NCBI GenBank assembly: GCA_036229005.1 | Contig: JAZAMN010000031.1 | Coordinates: forward strand, 32,001-96,000 | Origin: Myxococcota bacterium | GTDB lineage: Bacteria; Myxococcota_A; UBA796; CAJQPC01 | DNA: 64,000 nt | Direction: 5' to 3' | In this document: positions 18,536-28,514 of the stretch, piece by piece | Numbering within the stretch: the first letter of the stretch is position 1 | How the letters are laid out: each line of letters starts with the position of its first letter | Program-made: the position numbers and the translations under genes | The notes under the pieces: model-generated | The model's database searches: none | What the model saw: only the letters and a program-made list of their open reading frames with translations | Told to the model about the DNA's origin: nothing

Positions 18536-19564
18536 TCAGGCCGCGGATCGCGCCCGCGCGGACGCGATCATGTTGTGGGCGATCTGGTCCAGCGGCAGGC
18601 TCCGCTCCACCCCGCCCATCTCCACAGCGACCTTGGGCATGCCGTAGACCACGCAGGTGGCCTCGTCCTGGGCGAAGGTGCGGGCGCCGGCCTTTCTCAA
18701 GGCTGCCATGCCCCGGGCGCCGTCGTCCCCCATCCCGGTCAGGATGGCTGCGACGGTGTTCCGGGCGGCCACCTTGGCGATCGACATGAAGGTCACGTCC
18801 ACGCTGGGACAGTGGAAGTTCACCCGCGGGCCGCTCTTGCACTCCACCACGTAGCGGGCGCCGTCGCGCTTGAGGAGCATGTGCTGCTCGCCAGGCGCGA
18901 TGAGCACGCGACCGTCGACGACGGCGTCGCCGCTGCGGGCCTCCTTCACCTCGAAGGGGAAGAGCTTGTTCAGGCGGGAGGCGTACTGCTGCGTGAAGCC
19001 CGGCGGCATGTGCTGGGTCACCAGGGTCCCCGGGATGTTGGGCGGCATCGTGGAGAGCACCCGCTCCAGGGCCGTGGTCCCGCCCGTGCTCGCGCCGAAG
19101 GCCAGGATCTTGCCTGTCGTCTCGCTCAGGTGGAGGCGCTGGGTGTTCTTGACCGGGACCCGCCGCTGTACACGGGCTCCCGCGGCGCCGAGCACCACGC
19201 GCACCAGGTCCTGCCCCATCTGCTCGACGGAGTAGGCGGCCTTGGGCTTGCAGATCACGTCGACGGCGCCAAGCTCGAGGGCGCGCATGGCCAGGGTGCT
19301 GCCCTTCGTGGTCAGCGAGCTCACGACCACCACCGGCATGGGGTGGTGGTTCATCAGCTTCTCCAGGAAGGTGAGCCCGTCCATGCGCGGCATCTCGAGA
19401 TCCAGCGTCAGCACGTCGGGCTTGAGCTTGAGGATCATGTCCCGGGCCACGTAGGGGTCCGGCGCGGCGCCCACCACCTCGATGAAGGGGTGCGCGGCGA
19501 GCTGGCGCGAGAAGGCCCGACGCACGATGGCCGAGTCATCGACCACCAGCACGCGGACGGTCAC
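18536..19564 (-). CDS. cheB: CheB response-regulator methylesterase
   Basis: VVDDS...TLDLEMP receiver; GASTGG, QHMP, TGMGDDG. Confidence 0.96.
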   Translation of the reverse strand: MTVRVLVVDDSAIVRRAFSRQLAAHPFIEVVGAAPDPYVARDMILKLKPDVLTLDLEMPRMDGLTFLEKLMNHHPMPVVVVSSLTTKGSTLAMRALELGAVDVICKPKAAYSVEQMGQDLVRVVLGAAGARVQRRVPVKNTQRLHLSETTGKILAFGASTGGTTALERVLSTMPPNIPGTLVTQHMPPGFTQQYASRLNKLFPFEVKEARSGDAVVDGRVLIAPGEQHMLLKRDGARYVVECKSGPRVNFHCPSVDVTFMSIAKVAARNTVAAILTGMGDDGARGMAALRKAGARTFAQDEATCVVYGMPKVAVEMGGVERSLPLDQIAHNMIASARARSAA

Positions 19565-19998
19565 GCGGCCACCCTGAGCGCGATCCGCTCTCCTTCATCG
19601 GTCACGAGCTCTGCGCCGTGACCATTGGCGGGCGCCTGCTCGGCGGGGATGCAGTTGGCCACCGGAGAGTCCAGCTTGACCAGGACCCGGGGCCCAAAGG
19701 CCGCCGGCGCCCACATCCCCGCGATGATGTTGAGCAGCTCCGCGCCGACCTCGATGCCCAGGCTGTCTTCGGGGCCCTCGACCATCAGCTCCTCGGCCAG
19801 GCGCTCCGCGAAGGCCCGCTCCAGGTACATGGTCAAGTTGCCGCTGCGGTCTCCCGAGAAGGCGAGCTGAACCTCGATCACCTCGTCCTCCCAGTCCCCC
19901 AAGGGCCCATCCGGCTCCTCGGCGAACACGAAGGCGGCGTCCTCGAGGACCCGGCTCAGAGACTCGGAGAGGCTCTCGCTGTACGCATCGGTGGACAT
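19561..19998 (-). CDS. CheX/CheC-like phosphatase
   Basis: AFSG..SG.L pattern and ELLNIIAG ExxN motif, inside the che operon. Confidence 0.7.
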   Translation of the reverse strand: MSTDAYSESLSESLSRVLEDAAFVFAEEPDGPLGDWEDEVIEVQLAFSGDRSGNLTMYLERAFAERLAEELMVEGPEDSLGIEVGAELLNIIAGMWAPAAFGPRVLVKLDSPVANCIPAEQAPANGHGAELVTDEGERIALRVAA

Positions 19999-20008
19999 GA
20001 CGGTCTCC

Positions 20009-20383
20009 TCAGGCTGCCTTCAGCAGCGGGTAGATGACGTCCCGGAGCTTCTCCGGAGAGGTCGGCTTGGTCAGGTACGCGGTCGCGCCGAGCTGGATGA
20101 GCCGCTCACTGCGGGCCACGGAGTGGTCCGAGGTCACCACCACAACGGGCAGCTTGGTCTCACCCCCACCCCGCAGAGCGCGCACGAAGCCCTCTCCGTC
20201 CAGGTTGGGCATGTTGAGGTCGCAGAGGACCAGGTCAACCGCCTGCCCCTTGAGGACCTCCAGCGCTTCAGCGCCGTCGCCGGCCTCGACCACTTCCGTG
20301 GAGAGGTCCAGCATCTGGATCATCCGCTTCTGCATCCGGCGGGTGATCTTCGAGTCGTCGACTACCAGGATCTTCTTGGTCAT
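20009..20383 (-). CDS. cheY: CheY-like response regulator
   Basis: ILVVDDS, LCDLNMP, VVTS, YLTKP. Confidence 0.9.
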   Translation of the reverse strand: MTKKILVVDDSKITRRMQKRMIQMLDLSTEVVEAGDGAEALEVLKGQAVDLVLCDLNMPNLDGEGFVRALRGGGETKLPVVVVTSDHSVARSERLIQLGATAYLTKPTSPEKLRDVIYPLLKAA

Positions 20384-20397
20384 TGTGCCTCCGGAGC

Positions 20398-20892
20398 TCA
20401 GAGCTCCCACTCCTTTCCGCCCTTGGTGACAATCAGCTTTCCGGTGTCCAGGTAGAGACGACCGGTCCGGCTCTCGTGGCCCCCCACATCCGTGGCCGCC
20501 ATGACCACACCCGCTCGGTAGAAGAGCTTGCGGAGCACCGTGAAGTTCCGCTTCCCGATCTTGAACATGTCCGAGTCGGCGTTCATCTCCGCCCCTCCGC
20601 ACACCTTCACGACCAGGTTGCTCTTGGTCGCGCCCAGGGCGTAGGCCTTCTCAAAGAGCAGGGGGACGCCCGTGTCCGCGAACTGGGCGGGGTTGCCCTG
20701 GCGGCCCTTGGCCACCGGCAGCATGTAGTGCAGGCAGCCCCCCACCTTGACGACGGGGTCGTAGATGAACACGCCGATGCAGGAGCCCAGCGCGTGGGTC
20801 ACCACGGTCCCGTTGGGGTCCCTGCTGAGCCCGAGATCGGAGATGCCCACCCGGACCTCGGGGCGATGCTTCCAGTCCAGTGCGGCGCTCAT
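20398..20892 (-). CDS. cheD: Chemoreceptor glutamine deamidase CheD
   Basis: THALGSCIGV, GCLHYMLP, FADTG, IGKRN, DVGG. Confidence 0.94.
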   Translation of the reverse strand: MSAALDWKHRPEVRVGISDLGLSRDPNGTVVTHALGSCIGVFIYDPVVKVGGCLHYMLPVAKGRQGNPAQFADTGVPLLFEKAYALGATKSNLVVKVCGGAEMNADSDMFKIGKRNFTVLRKLFYRAGVVMAATDVGGHESRTGRLYLDTGKLIVTKGGKEWEL

Positions 20893-21704
20893 GCTGCCTT
20901 CCTTTGCATCTTGAGCTCGTAGCAAGCGGGCCCCGAGCGGGTCAGCGGGGTGTTGATCCCGGCCAGGCTCTCGCTGTGGCCAAGGTAGAGCTGCCCTCCC
21001 GGCCGCATCACGCGCTCGCACTCGCGCACGATGGCCGTGCGCACAGGGAGCTCGAAGTAGATCATGACGTTCCGGCAGAACACCACGTCCAGGGGCCCGC
21101 CCATCGGGTAGGGCGGAGTGGCCAGGTTCAAGCGCGCGAATGAGACATGCGGACGCAGCACCTCGCCGACGCGCAGAGCGTTGCCGTTGTCCTGGAAATA
21201 CTGGCTCCGTTGGTGGGCCGGGATGCCCTCACAGAGCCGATGCTCATAGACCCCCCGCTTGGCGGTCGCGAGCACCTTGGTGTCGATGTCGGTGGCCAGG
21301 AGCTTCCAGTCGCCGCCGCCCAGGACCTCGTGGGCGACCATGGCCAGCGTCCACACCTCCTGACCGGTGGAGGACGCCGCGCACCACATCCGCACGCGCT
21401 TGCCCACAAAGCCGCCCAGGTAGCTCCGGAGCATGTCGAAGTGCTCGGACTCCCGGTAGAAGCGGGTCAGGTTCGTGGTCATCGCGTTGATGAAGTGCTC
21501 CATCTCCCCGGGAGAGTTCTCCAGGTAGTGGGCGTAGTCCTGAAAGGAGCTGAGCCTGAGCAGCCGCATCCGCTTGCTCACCCGAGAGGCGACGAGCTGC
21601 TCTTTTCCCCGCTTGATCTTGATCCCCGTGCGGGCACGCGCCAGCGACGCGAAGTGCTCGAAGAGCTCGGGGGGGAGGTGCTTTTCCATCTGGAGTTCGG
21701 CCAA
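20889..21704 (-). CDS. cheR: CheR methyltransferase
   Basis: TTNLTRFYRE, MWCAASSTGQE, ATDID, FCRNVMIYF. Confidence 0.94.
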   Translation of the reverse strand: MAELQMEKHLPPELFEHFASLARARTGIKIKRGKEQLVASRVSKRMRLLRLSSFQDYAHYLENSPGEMEHFINAMTTNLTRFYRESEHFDMLRSYLGGFVGKRVRMWCAASSTGQEVWTLAMVAHEVLGGGDWKLLATDIDTKVLATAKRGVYEHRLCEGIPAHQRSQYFQDNGNALRVGEVLRPHVSFARLNLATPPYPMGGPLDVVFCRNVMIYFELPVRTAIVRECERVMRPGGQLYLGHSESLAGINTPLTRSGPACYELKMQRKAA

Positions 21705-21746
21705 GACGTGGGTTGAGGTCGGTGGGTGGGCGAGGGACGCCCGGGA

Positions 21747-23963
21747 CTAGAAGTCCCGGAAGACCACGTCGGAGTCGTCATCATCCAAGGGGAAGAGGTC
21801 TTCAGGGCTGGCCCCATCCCCATTCGCGGCCAACTTCAGCGGCGCCTGGGCGGGCTTCATCTTGGGAACGCTGGCGGGCTCAGGCGAGGCCACCACGGGG
21901 GTGACGGGCGTGGACTTGGGGCGGTGGAGCTGCACCACCTCGCCACCATCGCTCGGAGCGCTGCCGCCCAGGTTGAAGCGCCGGATGGAGCCCTCCATGC
22001 GCCGGGCGCGCGTGACCAGCTCGCTGGCCGCAGAGGACGACTCTTCGGCGCTGGCGGCGTTCTGCTGGACGACCTGGTCCATCTGGGTCATCGCGCGGGT
22101 GACCTGGGCCACGCCGCTGGCCTGCTCTTCGCTGGCCGCCGCGATCTCGGTGACGATGTCGGTCACCTTGCCCACGGAGCCGACGATCTCGGACAGGGAG
22201 GACTTCACCCGGTCGGAGAGCACCTCGCCGTTGCCCGCCAGGTCGACCGACTCGCGGATGAGCTGCTCGGTGCGCTGGGCGGCGTCCTTGGAGCGCAGGG
22301 CCAGGTTCCGGACCTCCTCGGCGACCACGGCGAAGCCGCGCCCCGCCTCGCCCGCGCGGGCCGCCTCGACGGCGGCGTTCAGGGCCAGCAGGTTGGTCTG
22401 GAATGCGATCTGGTTGATATCCTTGATGATCTCAGCCGTGTTGTTGGCGGAAGCCTTGATGTCGTACATGGCCTGGACCATCTCCACGACCACCTGATCC
22501 CCCTGCTGAGCCGACTTTCGGGCCTGGATCGTGAGCGCCTTGGCGGCCTGGGTGTTGTCGGCATTCCGCTGGGTCATGCCGGTGATCTCCTCCAGGGAGG
22601 CCGCGGTCTCCTCGAGGGAGGCGGCCTGCTCGGAGGCACCCTGCGCGATGGCCTGGTTGCCCGAGGAGATCTCCTGCGCGGCCGAGCTGACGGCGACAAC
22701 GGAGTGCGCGACCTCCTCCAGCGGATGGACCAGGCCCTCCACCAGGCTGTTCAGCCCCACCAGCAGCTTGCCGTACTCGCCCTCGTAGCCCTCGACCCGA
22801 GCGCGGGCCTTGAGGTCGCCGCGGTCCACCGCTGCCACCTGGGCATCCACCTGCGAGAGCACTCCGTGGAGGCTGTCCCGCATGCCCTCGAAGGCGTGGG
22901 CCAGCTCGGAGAGCTCATCGGACCCCGAGGTGTCGACGGAGACGTCCAGGTTGCCGCCGGCCAGCGCGTGGGAGGCCTCGGTGATCTTGCCCAAGCGGGC
23001 GACCAGCGGGCGCACCAGCATGTAGGCCCCCAGGCTCGCCAGACCGACCAGCCCCAGGGCGGCCAGGAACATGGAGCGCTGCACCGACCGGTAGGGGGCC
23101 AGCATCTCGGCCTCATCCACCCGGGTGACGATGCCCCAGGTCTCCGGCCCGACAGCCACCGTGGTGACGGCCGCCCAGTAGGCGTCGCTGCTGGGGTCTG
23201 CGTAGCGCTCGAAGCCCTTGCGGCCCGACGTGGCCGCGTTGACCGCGCCGCCGCTCAGGGGCTCACCGACCTCGTGGCCGGGGGAGGCGATGGACAGGCC
23301 CTGGGCGTCCACGAGCAGGCTGTGGCCAGACTCACCAAAGCGGTGCTCCAGCAGCTCCGAGAGCGCGCTGGGCGCGACCGCCAAGACCAGCACGCCCTTG
23401 TCCGAGACCGGCGCGCTGATGAAGGCCAGCACCTCGCCCTGCGCGTCATGCTCCGAGAAGCCGACCACGTGGGCGCCGCCTGCCTGCCCTTCGCGCCAGG
23501 CCTCAGCCAGGCCAGAGGAGCGGTAGGCGCCGCTGCTGAGGTTGGTGCCAAGCTCAGCCTGCTTGCCCACGGAGTAGACGACGTCGCCACCGCGGGAGAC
23601 CAGGAATGCGTCCGCGTAGCCGTGCTCCCGCACAAAGGAGCTCAGACCGGCGCCGTAGCGCTCAGCGGCGGTGTCCCAGGCGGCGCTGGGGTCCTCTGCC
23701 GCCGCGGCCTCGTCGAAGGCGGCGAACGCGTACTGGAACTCGGCGAAGCTGGCCAGCCCCTCGGCGTCGGCGATGCGGTCATCGCCCCAACGCTCGACCT
23801 CTACCTTGAGGCCCTGGGAGATGGAGGAGAGCTGGGACTCGACCCGCTCCTCGACCGCGCCTTGGGATGCGCCGCTCGCGCCCAGCGTGACCGCCAGGGC
23901 GGGGACCGCTGCGATGACGACCGACCCAAGCGCCAGCTTCGTACCAACAGTGAAACGTGCCAT
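21747..23963 (-). CDS. Methyl-accepting chemotaxis protein (2 TM, Cache-like sensor, HAMP)
   Basis: [38 protein letters not shown]-terminal VFRDF. Confidence 0.96.
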   Translation of the reverse strand: MARFTVGTKLALGSVVIAAVPALAVTLGASGASQGAVEERVESQLSSISQGLKVEVERWGDDRIADAEGLASFAEFQYAFAAFDEAAAAEDPSAAWDTAAERYGAGLSSFVREHGYADAFLVSRGGDVVYSVGKQAELGTNLSSGAYRSSGLAEAWREGQAGGAHVVGFSEHDAQGEVLAFISAPVSDKGVLVLAVAPSALSELLEHRFGESGHSLLVDAQGLSIASPGHEVGEPLSGGAVNAATSGRKGFERYADPSSDAYWAAVTTVAVGPETWGIVTRVDEAEMLAPYRSVQRSMFLAALGLVGLASLGAYMLVRPLVARLGKITEASHALAGGNLDVSVDTSGSDELSELAHAFEGMRDSLHGVLSQVDAQVAAVDRGDLKARARVEGYEGEYGKLLVGLNSLVEGLVHPLEEVAHSVVAVSSAAQEISSGNQAIAQGASEQAASLEETAASLEEITGMTQRNADNTQAAKALTIQARKSAQQGDQVVVEMVQAMYDIKASANNTAEIIKDINQIAFQTNLLALNAAVEAARAGEAGRGFAVVAEEVRNLALRSKDAAQRTEQLIRESVDLAGNGEVLSDRVKSSLSEIVGSVGKVTDIVTEIAAASEEQASGVAQVTRAMTQMDQVVQQNAASAEESSSAASELVTRARRMEGSIRRFNLGGSAPSDGGEVVQLHRPKSTPVTPVVASPEPASVPKMKPAQAPLKLAANGDGASPEDLFPLDDDDSDVVFRDF

Positions 23964-24031
23964 TCTCTTTCTCCAGCCCGCGTGTTCGCGGGGTCCCGGT
24001 CTTTTGCGGATCTCTTCGGATCAAAGGGGGG

Positions 24032-24523
24032 TCAGATGACCCCTTCCTGACCGGCGATGATGTTGGACAGGTCCAGCAGGAAGGTCACCCGCTTCTCCAC
24101 GCGGCCGGTGCCCAGCAGGGCGCTCAGGCCCATGGACCCACCGGTCAGGGGAGGCGGCGGCGCGATCTGCTTGGGCTTGAGGTTCAGGACCTCGAGCACC
24201 TCGTCGACCAGCACACCGAAGGTGGTGTTGCCGTACTGCAGGACGATCACGACGGTCTGGTCGGTGAACTCCACCGAGCCCATCCCGAACTCGGTGCGCA
24301 GATCCACCAGCGGGATCACCCGACCGCGCAGGTTGATGACGCCCACCACCGAAGGGTTGGTGCGGGGCACCGGCGTGATGTCCAGGGGCTCGATGATCTC
24401 CCGCACGCAGAGGATGCCGACCCCGTAGGTCTCTCCCCCCAGGCGGAAGGTCAGGTACTTCCCAGCCAGGCGCTGGCCCAGCTCGGTCTCGGTGCTCTCC
24501 ACCGTCTCGGTCTGCACGTTCAT
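24032..24523 (-). CDS. cheW: CheW coupling protein
   Basis: KYLTF, ITPVP, GVINLRGRVIPLVDLR, GVLVDEV. Confidence 0.95.
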   Translation of the reverse strand: MNVQTETVESTETELGQRLAGKYLTFRLGGETYGVGILCVREIIEPLDITPVPRTNPSVVGVINLRGRVIPLVDLRTEFGMGSVEFTDQTVVIVLQYGNTTFGVLVDEVLEVLNLKPKQIAPPPPLTGGSMGLSALLGTGRVEKRVTFLLDLSNIIAGQEGVI

Positions 24524-27000
24524 CCTGCCATCTCCTCGAAGAAGTTGGTGTCGTCGTAGATGGCGGCCGGGAGAGCCCCCACCTGGGTCTCCGCGTCAAG
24601 CGCGGAGGGGTTGAGGATCAACCCCACCTTTCCGGTGGAGAGGATCGCGGCGCCGGAGAAGAGCTCGGCGTTGTTGAGCCCCTCCCCAAGGTTCTTGATG
24701 ACCACCTGCTGCTGGCCCAGGACCTCGTCCACGACCAGGCCGTAGCGACCACGCGTGCCCTCGACGATGACCACCAGCCCGTCCACCGGGTCCTGCTTGG
24801 CCGTCATCTCCCCGAGGGTGTTCCCCAGGTGCACCAGGGGCATGATCTCCCCCCTCAAGTGCAGCATCGGTGCGCGGTCGGCGAAGCGGCGGATCATGTC
24901 CTCCGCCGGCTGCACGGACTCCATGATGGAGAGCGTGGGCAGCACGTAGCGGGACTGGCCGCAGCTCAGCAGCATGCCGTCGATGATGGCCAGCGTCAGC
25001 GGCATCACCATCTGGAAGGTGGTCCCCTGCCCCAGCGTGGACTCGATGCGGATGCGCCCGCGCATGGACTCGATGGAGCGCTTGACCACGTCCATGCCCA
25101 CGCCGCGGCCCGAGATCTCGGTGACCTTCTCGGCCGTCGAGAAGCCCGGCGCGAAGATCAGCTCGTAGGCCTCCCGGTCGCTCAGGCTCGCCGCCGCGTC
25201 CGCGGAGAGGATCCCCCGGGAGACCGCCTTGGCGGTGATCTTCTCGCGGTCCAGACCCCGGCCATCGTCGGAGATGGCGATGATGATGTTGCCGCCCTCG
25301 TGGTAGGCCGACAGCGTGACGGTGCCCTTGGGGTCCTTGCCCGCGGCCACCCGCTCTTCGGCGTTCTCCAGGCCGTGGTCCATGGAGTTGCGCACCATGT
25401 GGACCAGGGGGTCGCCGATCTGCTCGACCAGGGAGCGGTCCATCTCGGTGGTCTCACCGGAGATGACCAGGTTCACCTTCTTGCCGTTGCGCTTGGAGAG
25501 GTCGCGGACCAGGCGCGACATCTTCTGGAACACGCCCTTGAGGGGCACCATGCGCAAGCCCAGGCCCTGACGCTGCAGGTCCCGGATGATCTTGTTGAGC
25601 TGCCCCAGGAAGTTCCGCACCCGGTGAGAGCGCAGGCTGGTGATCTCGGGGGCGTTGGCCACCATCGTCTCGACGATGACCAGCTCACCGATGAGCTCCA
25701 CCAGGCTGTCGACGCGGGCGAGGTCGACCTTGATGGTCTCCTTGATCGCCGTCTTCTTACCCTTTGAAGCCGCTGGGGGGGCCGCACTCTTTGTCGATCC
25801 TCCCGCCGGCGAGGCCACACTGGCGCCCTCCGCAGCGGGCGTCTCCTCCTTGGCCTCCACCTTGGGCGGCAGCGCCAGCTCCACCCCTTCGACCGCGAAG
25901 GCCAGGGAGTTGATCAGCGGCTTGAGCTCCGCGGGCTGGGTGACCGTCAGGCTGTTGGCGACCGCCTCCTGGGACTCCACGAGCATCCGGCGCATCAGCC
26001 CCGTCGCCTCGAACACCAGGTCCAGGACGTGGCCCTCCATCACGATGCGGCCCTCACGGACCTCGATCAGCAGGTTCTCGGTGTTGTGCGCGAGCTCCGC
26101 GATCAGCGGCTGCTCGACGAACCCGGCCACCCCCTTGATGGTGTGGAACACCCGGAAGATGGCGTTGATCCCCTCCTGGTCCAGGCCACCGTTCTCCGCC
26201 TCGAGCAGCAGCTCGTCGGTGCGGGTGATGCCGTCCATGGACTCTTCGTGGAACTCGCCCAGCAGCGCGACCATCTCCTCGTCGCGCTCGATGTACTCCT
26301 GGGCCTGGCCGGACTCGATGCCCTCGGAGAGCTCCCCCAGGATGTCCTCGGGGCCCTTGGCGGGGTGCTGGCCGGCCGCGTACGCAGCCATGGCGCCAAC
26401 CACCCAGTCCTGCGCCTTGAGCATCATCTCCGCCAGGGTCTCCGGCGGCAGATCGCGGTCCAGCAGGTCTTCCCAGGCGTGGTAGACGTGCTGCAGATCG
26501 TCCAGCCCAACGGTGCCCGACTCCCCCTTGAGGGAGTGGAGCTGGCCCTTGAGCTCGCGCACATCGGTGTCCTCGCCGGACTCGATGGCCAGCAGGATGC
26601 CTTCGATCTCCTCCAGCGCCATCTGTTGGGAGGAGATGAAGTCGGCGAGCAGCTCCTCATCCACCCACTCCGGCAGCCCGAGAGCGGCCGCACGGCCACC
26701 CTCCGTAGGCGCCGCGGGGGGCGGGGGCGGGATCACCTCGCTGGTGTGGATGGCCTGCACCTTGGCGAAGCTCTCCACGACCTCCGCGAGCCAGGCATCG
26801 GCCGACGATGCATCCGCATCCGCCTTGGACCGGCAGTCCCGCATCGCATCGCGGAGGGCCTGCGGAGCTCCGGAGGGCAGGCTCTCTTCCAGCGCCGCGA
26901 GGGAGGACCGGAGACCGGCCACATCCTCTGCGCTCCCGGAGCCGCCCACCACGAGGGTGCAGGCAATCTCTTCCAGCAGTGTTGAAAAGTCGTTGGACAC
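24520..27000 (-). CDS. cheA: CheA with two His-bearing Hpt domains
   Basis: LHSLKG and FHTIKG; HMVRNSMDHG; SGRGVGMDVV; C-terminal CheW domain. Confidence 0.94.
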   Translation of the reverse strand: MSNDFSTLLEEIACTLVVGGSGSAEDVAGLRSSLAALEESLPSGAPQALRDAMRDCRSKADADASSADAWLAEVVESFAKVQAIHTSEVIPPPPPAAPTEGGRAAALGLPEWVDEELLADFISSQQMALEEIEGILLAIESGEDTDVRELKGQLHSLKGESGTVGLDDLQHVYHAWEDLLDRDLPPETLAEMMLKAQDWVVGAMAAYAAGQHPAKGPEDILGELSEGIESGQAQEYIERDEEMVALLGEFHEESMDGITRTDELLLEAENGGLDQEGINAIFRVFHTIKGVAGFVEQPLIAELAHNTENLLIEVREGRIVMEGHVLDLVFEATGLMRRMLVESQEAVANSLTVTQPAELKPLINSLAFAVEGVELALPPKVEAKEETPAAEGASVASPAGGSTKSAAPPAASKGKKTAIKETIKVDLARVDSLVELIGELVIVETMVANAPEITSLRSHRVRNFLGQLNKIIRDLQRQGLGLRMVPLKGVFQKMSRLVRDLSKRNGKKVNLVISGETTEMDRSLVEQIGDPLVHMVRNSMDHGLENAEERVAAGKDPKGTVTLSAYHEGGNIIIAISDDGRGLDREKITAKAVSRGILSADAAASLSDREAYELIFAPGFSTAEKVTEISGRGVGMDVVKRSIESMRGRIRIESTLGQGTTFQMVMPLTLAIIDGMLLSCGQSRYVLPTLSIMESVQPAEDMIRRFADRAPMLHLRGEIMPLVHLGNTLGEMTAKQDPVDGLVVIVEGTRGRYGLVVDEVLGQQQVVIKNLGEGLNNAELFSGAAILSTGKVGLILNPSALDAETQVGALPAAIYDDTNFFEEMAG

Positions 27001-27169
27001 GCGAAGCCTCCCAACCGCAAGGGCCGCGGTACTCCCTCTTCGGTGTCACCGGCCCCCGCTGAAGAAAAACGAGGGACTCCGAGGCAGAGCAGGATCGTCG
27101 GGCTCACCCCCCAAACATGCTCTTCAGTCTCCAACTCCAGGGACCGATGGCCCCAGCGAGGAGTTCACG

Positions 27170-27526
27170 ATGCGTTTCATTCTCCACCTTGTGGATTCGG
27201 GCAAGATCACCCCAGAGCAGGCCGTCGAAGGCCTCCGGGAGCACTTCGAGTCCACGCCCCCCCTTGGCAAGCTCGCCCTCTTCTCCGGGAAGATGACCGT
27301 CCGACAGGTCGTCCACGTGCTGGACCTCCAGGTGGAGCGCCCGCAGGAGCGCTTTGGAGAGCTGGCCGTCGCCGAGGGCTTCATGACCGAAGACGACGTC
27401 CAGGAGCTGCTCAAGCGCCAGAACAGCATGCGCCGCAGCGTCGAGCAGGTGCTCACCGAGCAGGGCGCGATCAGCCCCGAGGCCCTGGAGCTCCAGAAGA
27501 ACCGGTGGCGCCTGCAGGCCGGGTGA
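27170..27526 (+). CDS. Small protein with MshEN-like repeats
   Basis: PLGKLALFSGKM...Q, RFGELAVAEGFM...LLKRQ; GAGGAG RBS. Confidence 0.75.
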   Translation: MRFILHLVDSGKITPEQAVEGLREHFESTPPLGKLALFSGKMTVRQVVHVLDLQVERPQERFGELAVAEGFMTEDDVQELLKRQNSMRRSVEQVLTEQGAISPEALELQKNRWRLQAG

Positions 27527-27598
27527 GCCCAAAGGGCGATCCCACCCTCATGCCAAAAGCCCAAGGATCCGAACAGAAGACTGCAAGGAGGTGGACCA

Positions 27599-27961
27599 AT
27601 GTCCCGAATTCTGGTGGTTGATGACTCCCGCGCCATGCGCATGATCGTGAAGCGCACCCTGCGTCAGGCAGGCTTCGGTTCCCACACGATCGAAGAGGCC
27701 GAGCACGGTCAGGACGCCCTGGACAAGATCCAGGCGAACGAACCCGACCTCATCCTCTCCGACTGGAACATGCCGGTGATGAACGGCCTGGAGCTGCTGG
27801 AGACGCTGCGCGGTCAGGGCCAGAACATCAAGTTCGGCTTCGTGACCTCGGAGGGCACCCCGGAGATGCGCACCAAGGCCAGCGACGCCGGCGCGCTCTT
27901 CCTGATCGCCAAGCCCTTCACGGCCTTCACCTTCGAGCAGACCCTCAACGGCGTCATCTGA
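27599..27961 (+). CDS. cheY: CheY-like response regulator
   Basis: ILVVDDS, LSDWNMP, FVTS, LIAKPF; AGGAGG RBS. Confidence 0.92.
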   Translation: MSRILVVDDSRAMRMIVKRTLRQAGFGSHTIEEAEHGQDALDKIQANEPDLILSDWNMPVMNGLELLETLRGQGQNIKFGFVTSEGTPEMRTKASDAGALFLIAKPFTAFTFEQTLNGVI

Positions 27962-27975
27962 GGGAGGAGTCGACG

Positions 27976-28455
27976 ATGGACATGCACTTTCCCGATCAGA
28001 AGCAGGTCGACGACCTGTTCACCATGTTGCTCGGCAAGCGCTGCAAGATCGGCCCCGCCAAGCCCCAGGGCAAGCGCCCCGGTGACGCCGCCGCGTTGGG
28101 GGTCTACGTGGACGACGAGGGCAACGTCGTGGGCGCGATCATCTGCGACATCACGCTCGCGGGCTCCGCTGGGACGGCGCTCTCGATGCTGCCGCCCAAG
28201 CTGGCTGCAGACTGCGTGAAGACCAAGAAGATCCCGCCCAACGTGGCCGAGAACCTCTACGAGGTGCTCAACGTGGGCGCGAGCCTCTACAACGGCGCGC
28301 GCGCCCTGCACGTCAAGCTGCGCGAGGTCGTCCTGGAGCCGGAGCGTCCGCCCAAGGAGATCAAGGCCATCCTGCGCAAGCCCAGCAAGCGTCTGGACCT
28401 GAGCGTGCAGGTCGCCGGCTACGATCCCGGCTCGATCCACCTCCTGGCCGCCTGA
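27976..28455 (+). CDS. CheC/CheX-like protein paired with CheY
   Basis: ENLYEVLNV ExxN motif; immediately downstream of cheY. Confidence 0.65.
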   Translation: MDMHFPDQKQVDDLFTMLLGKRCKIGPAKPQGKRPGDAAALGVYVDDEGNVVGAIICDITLAGSAGTALSMLPPKLAADCVKTKKIPPNVAENLYEVLNVGASLYNGARALHVKLREVVLEPERPPKEIKAILRKPSKRLDLSVQVAGYDPGSIHLLAA

Positions 28456-28514
28456 CAAATTGCGGTCCGGTGTCGGACGGGTGAAGACCAGGGGTCCCCG
28501 AACACGAGGCCCCG

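Noticed and set aside
16352..19621. 1089-aa plus-strand ORF
   Set aside because: Antisense shadow of cheA/cheB
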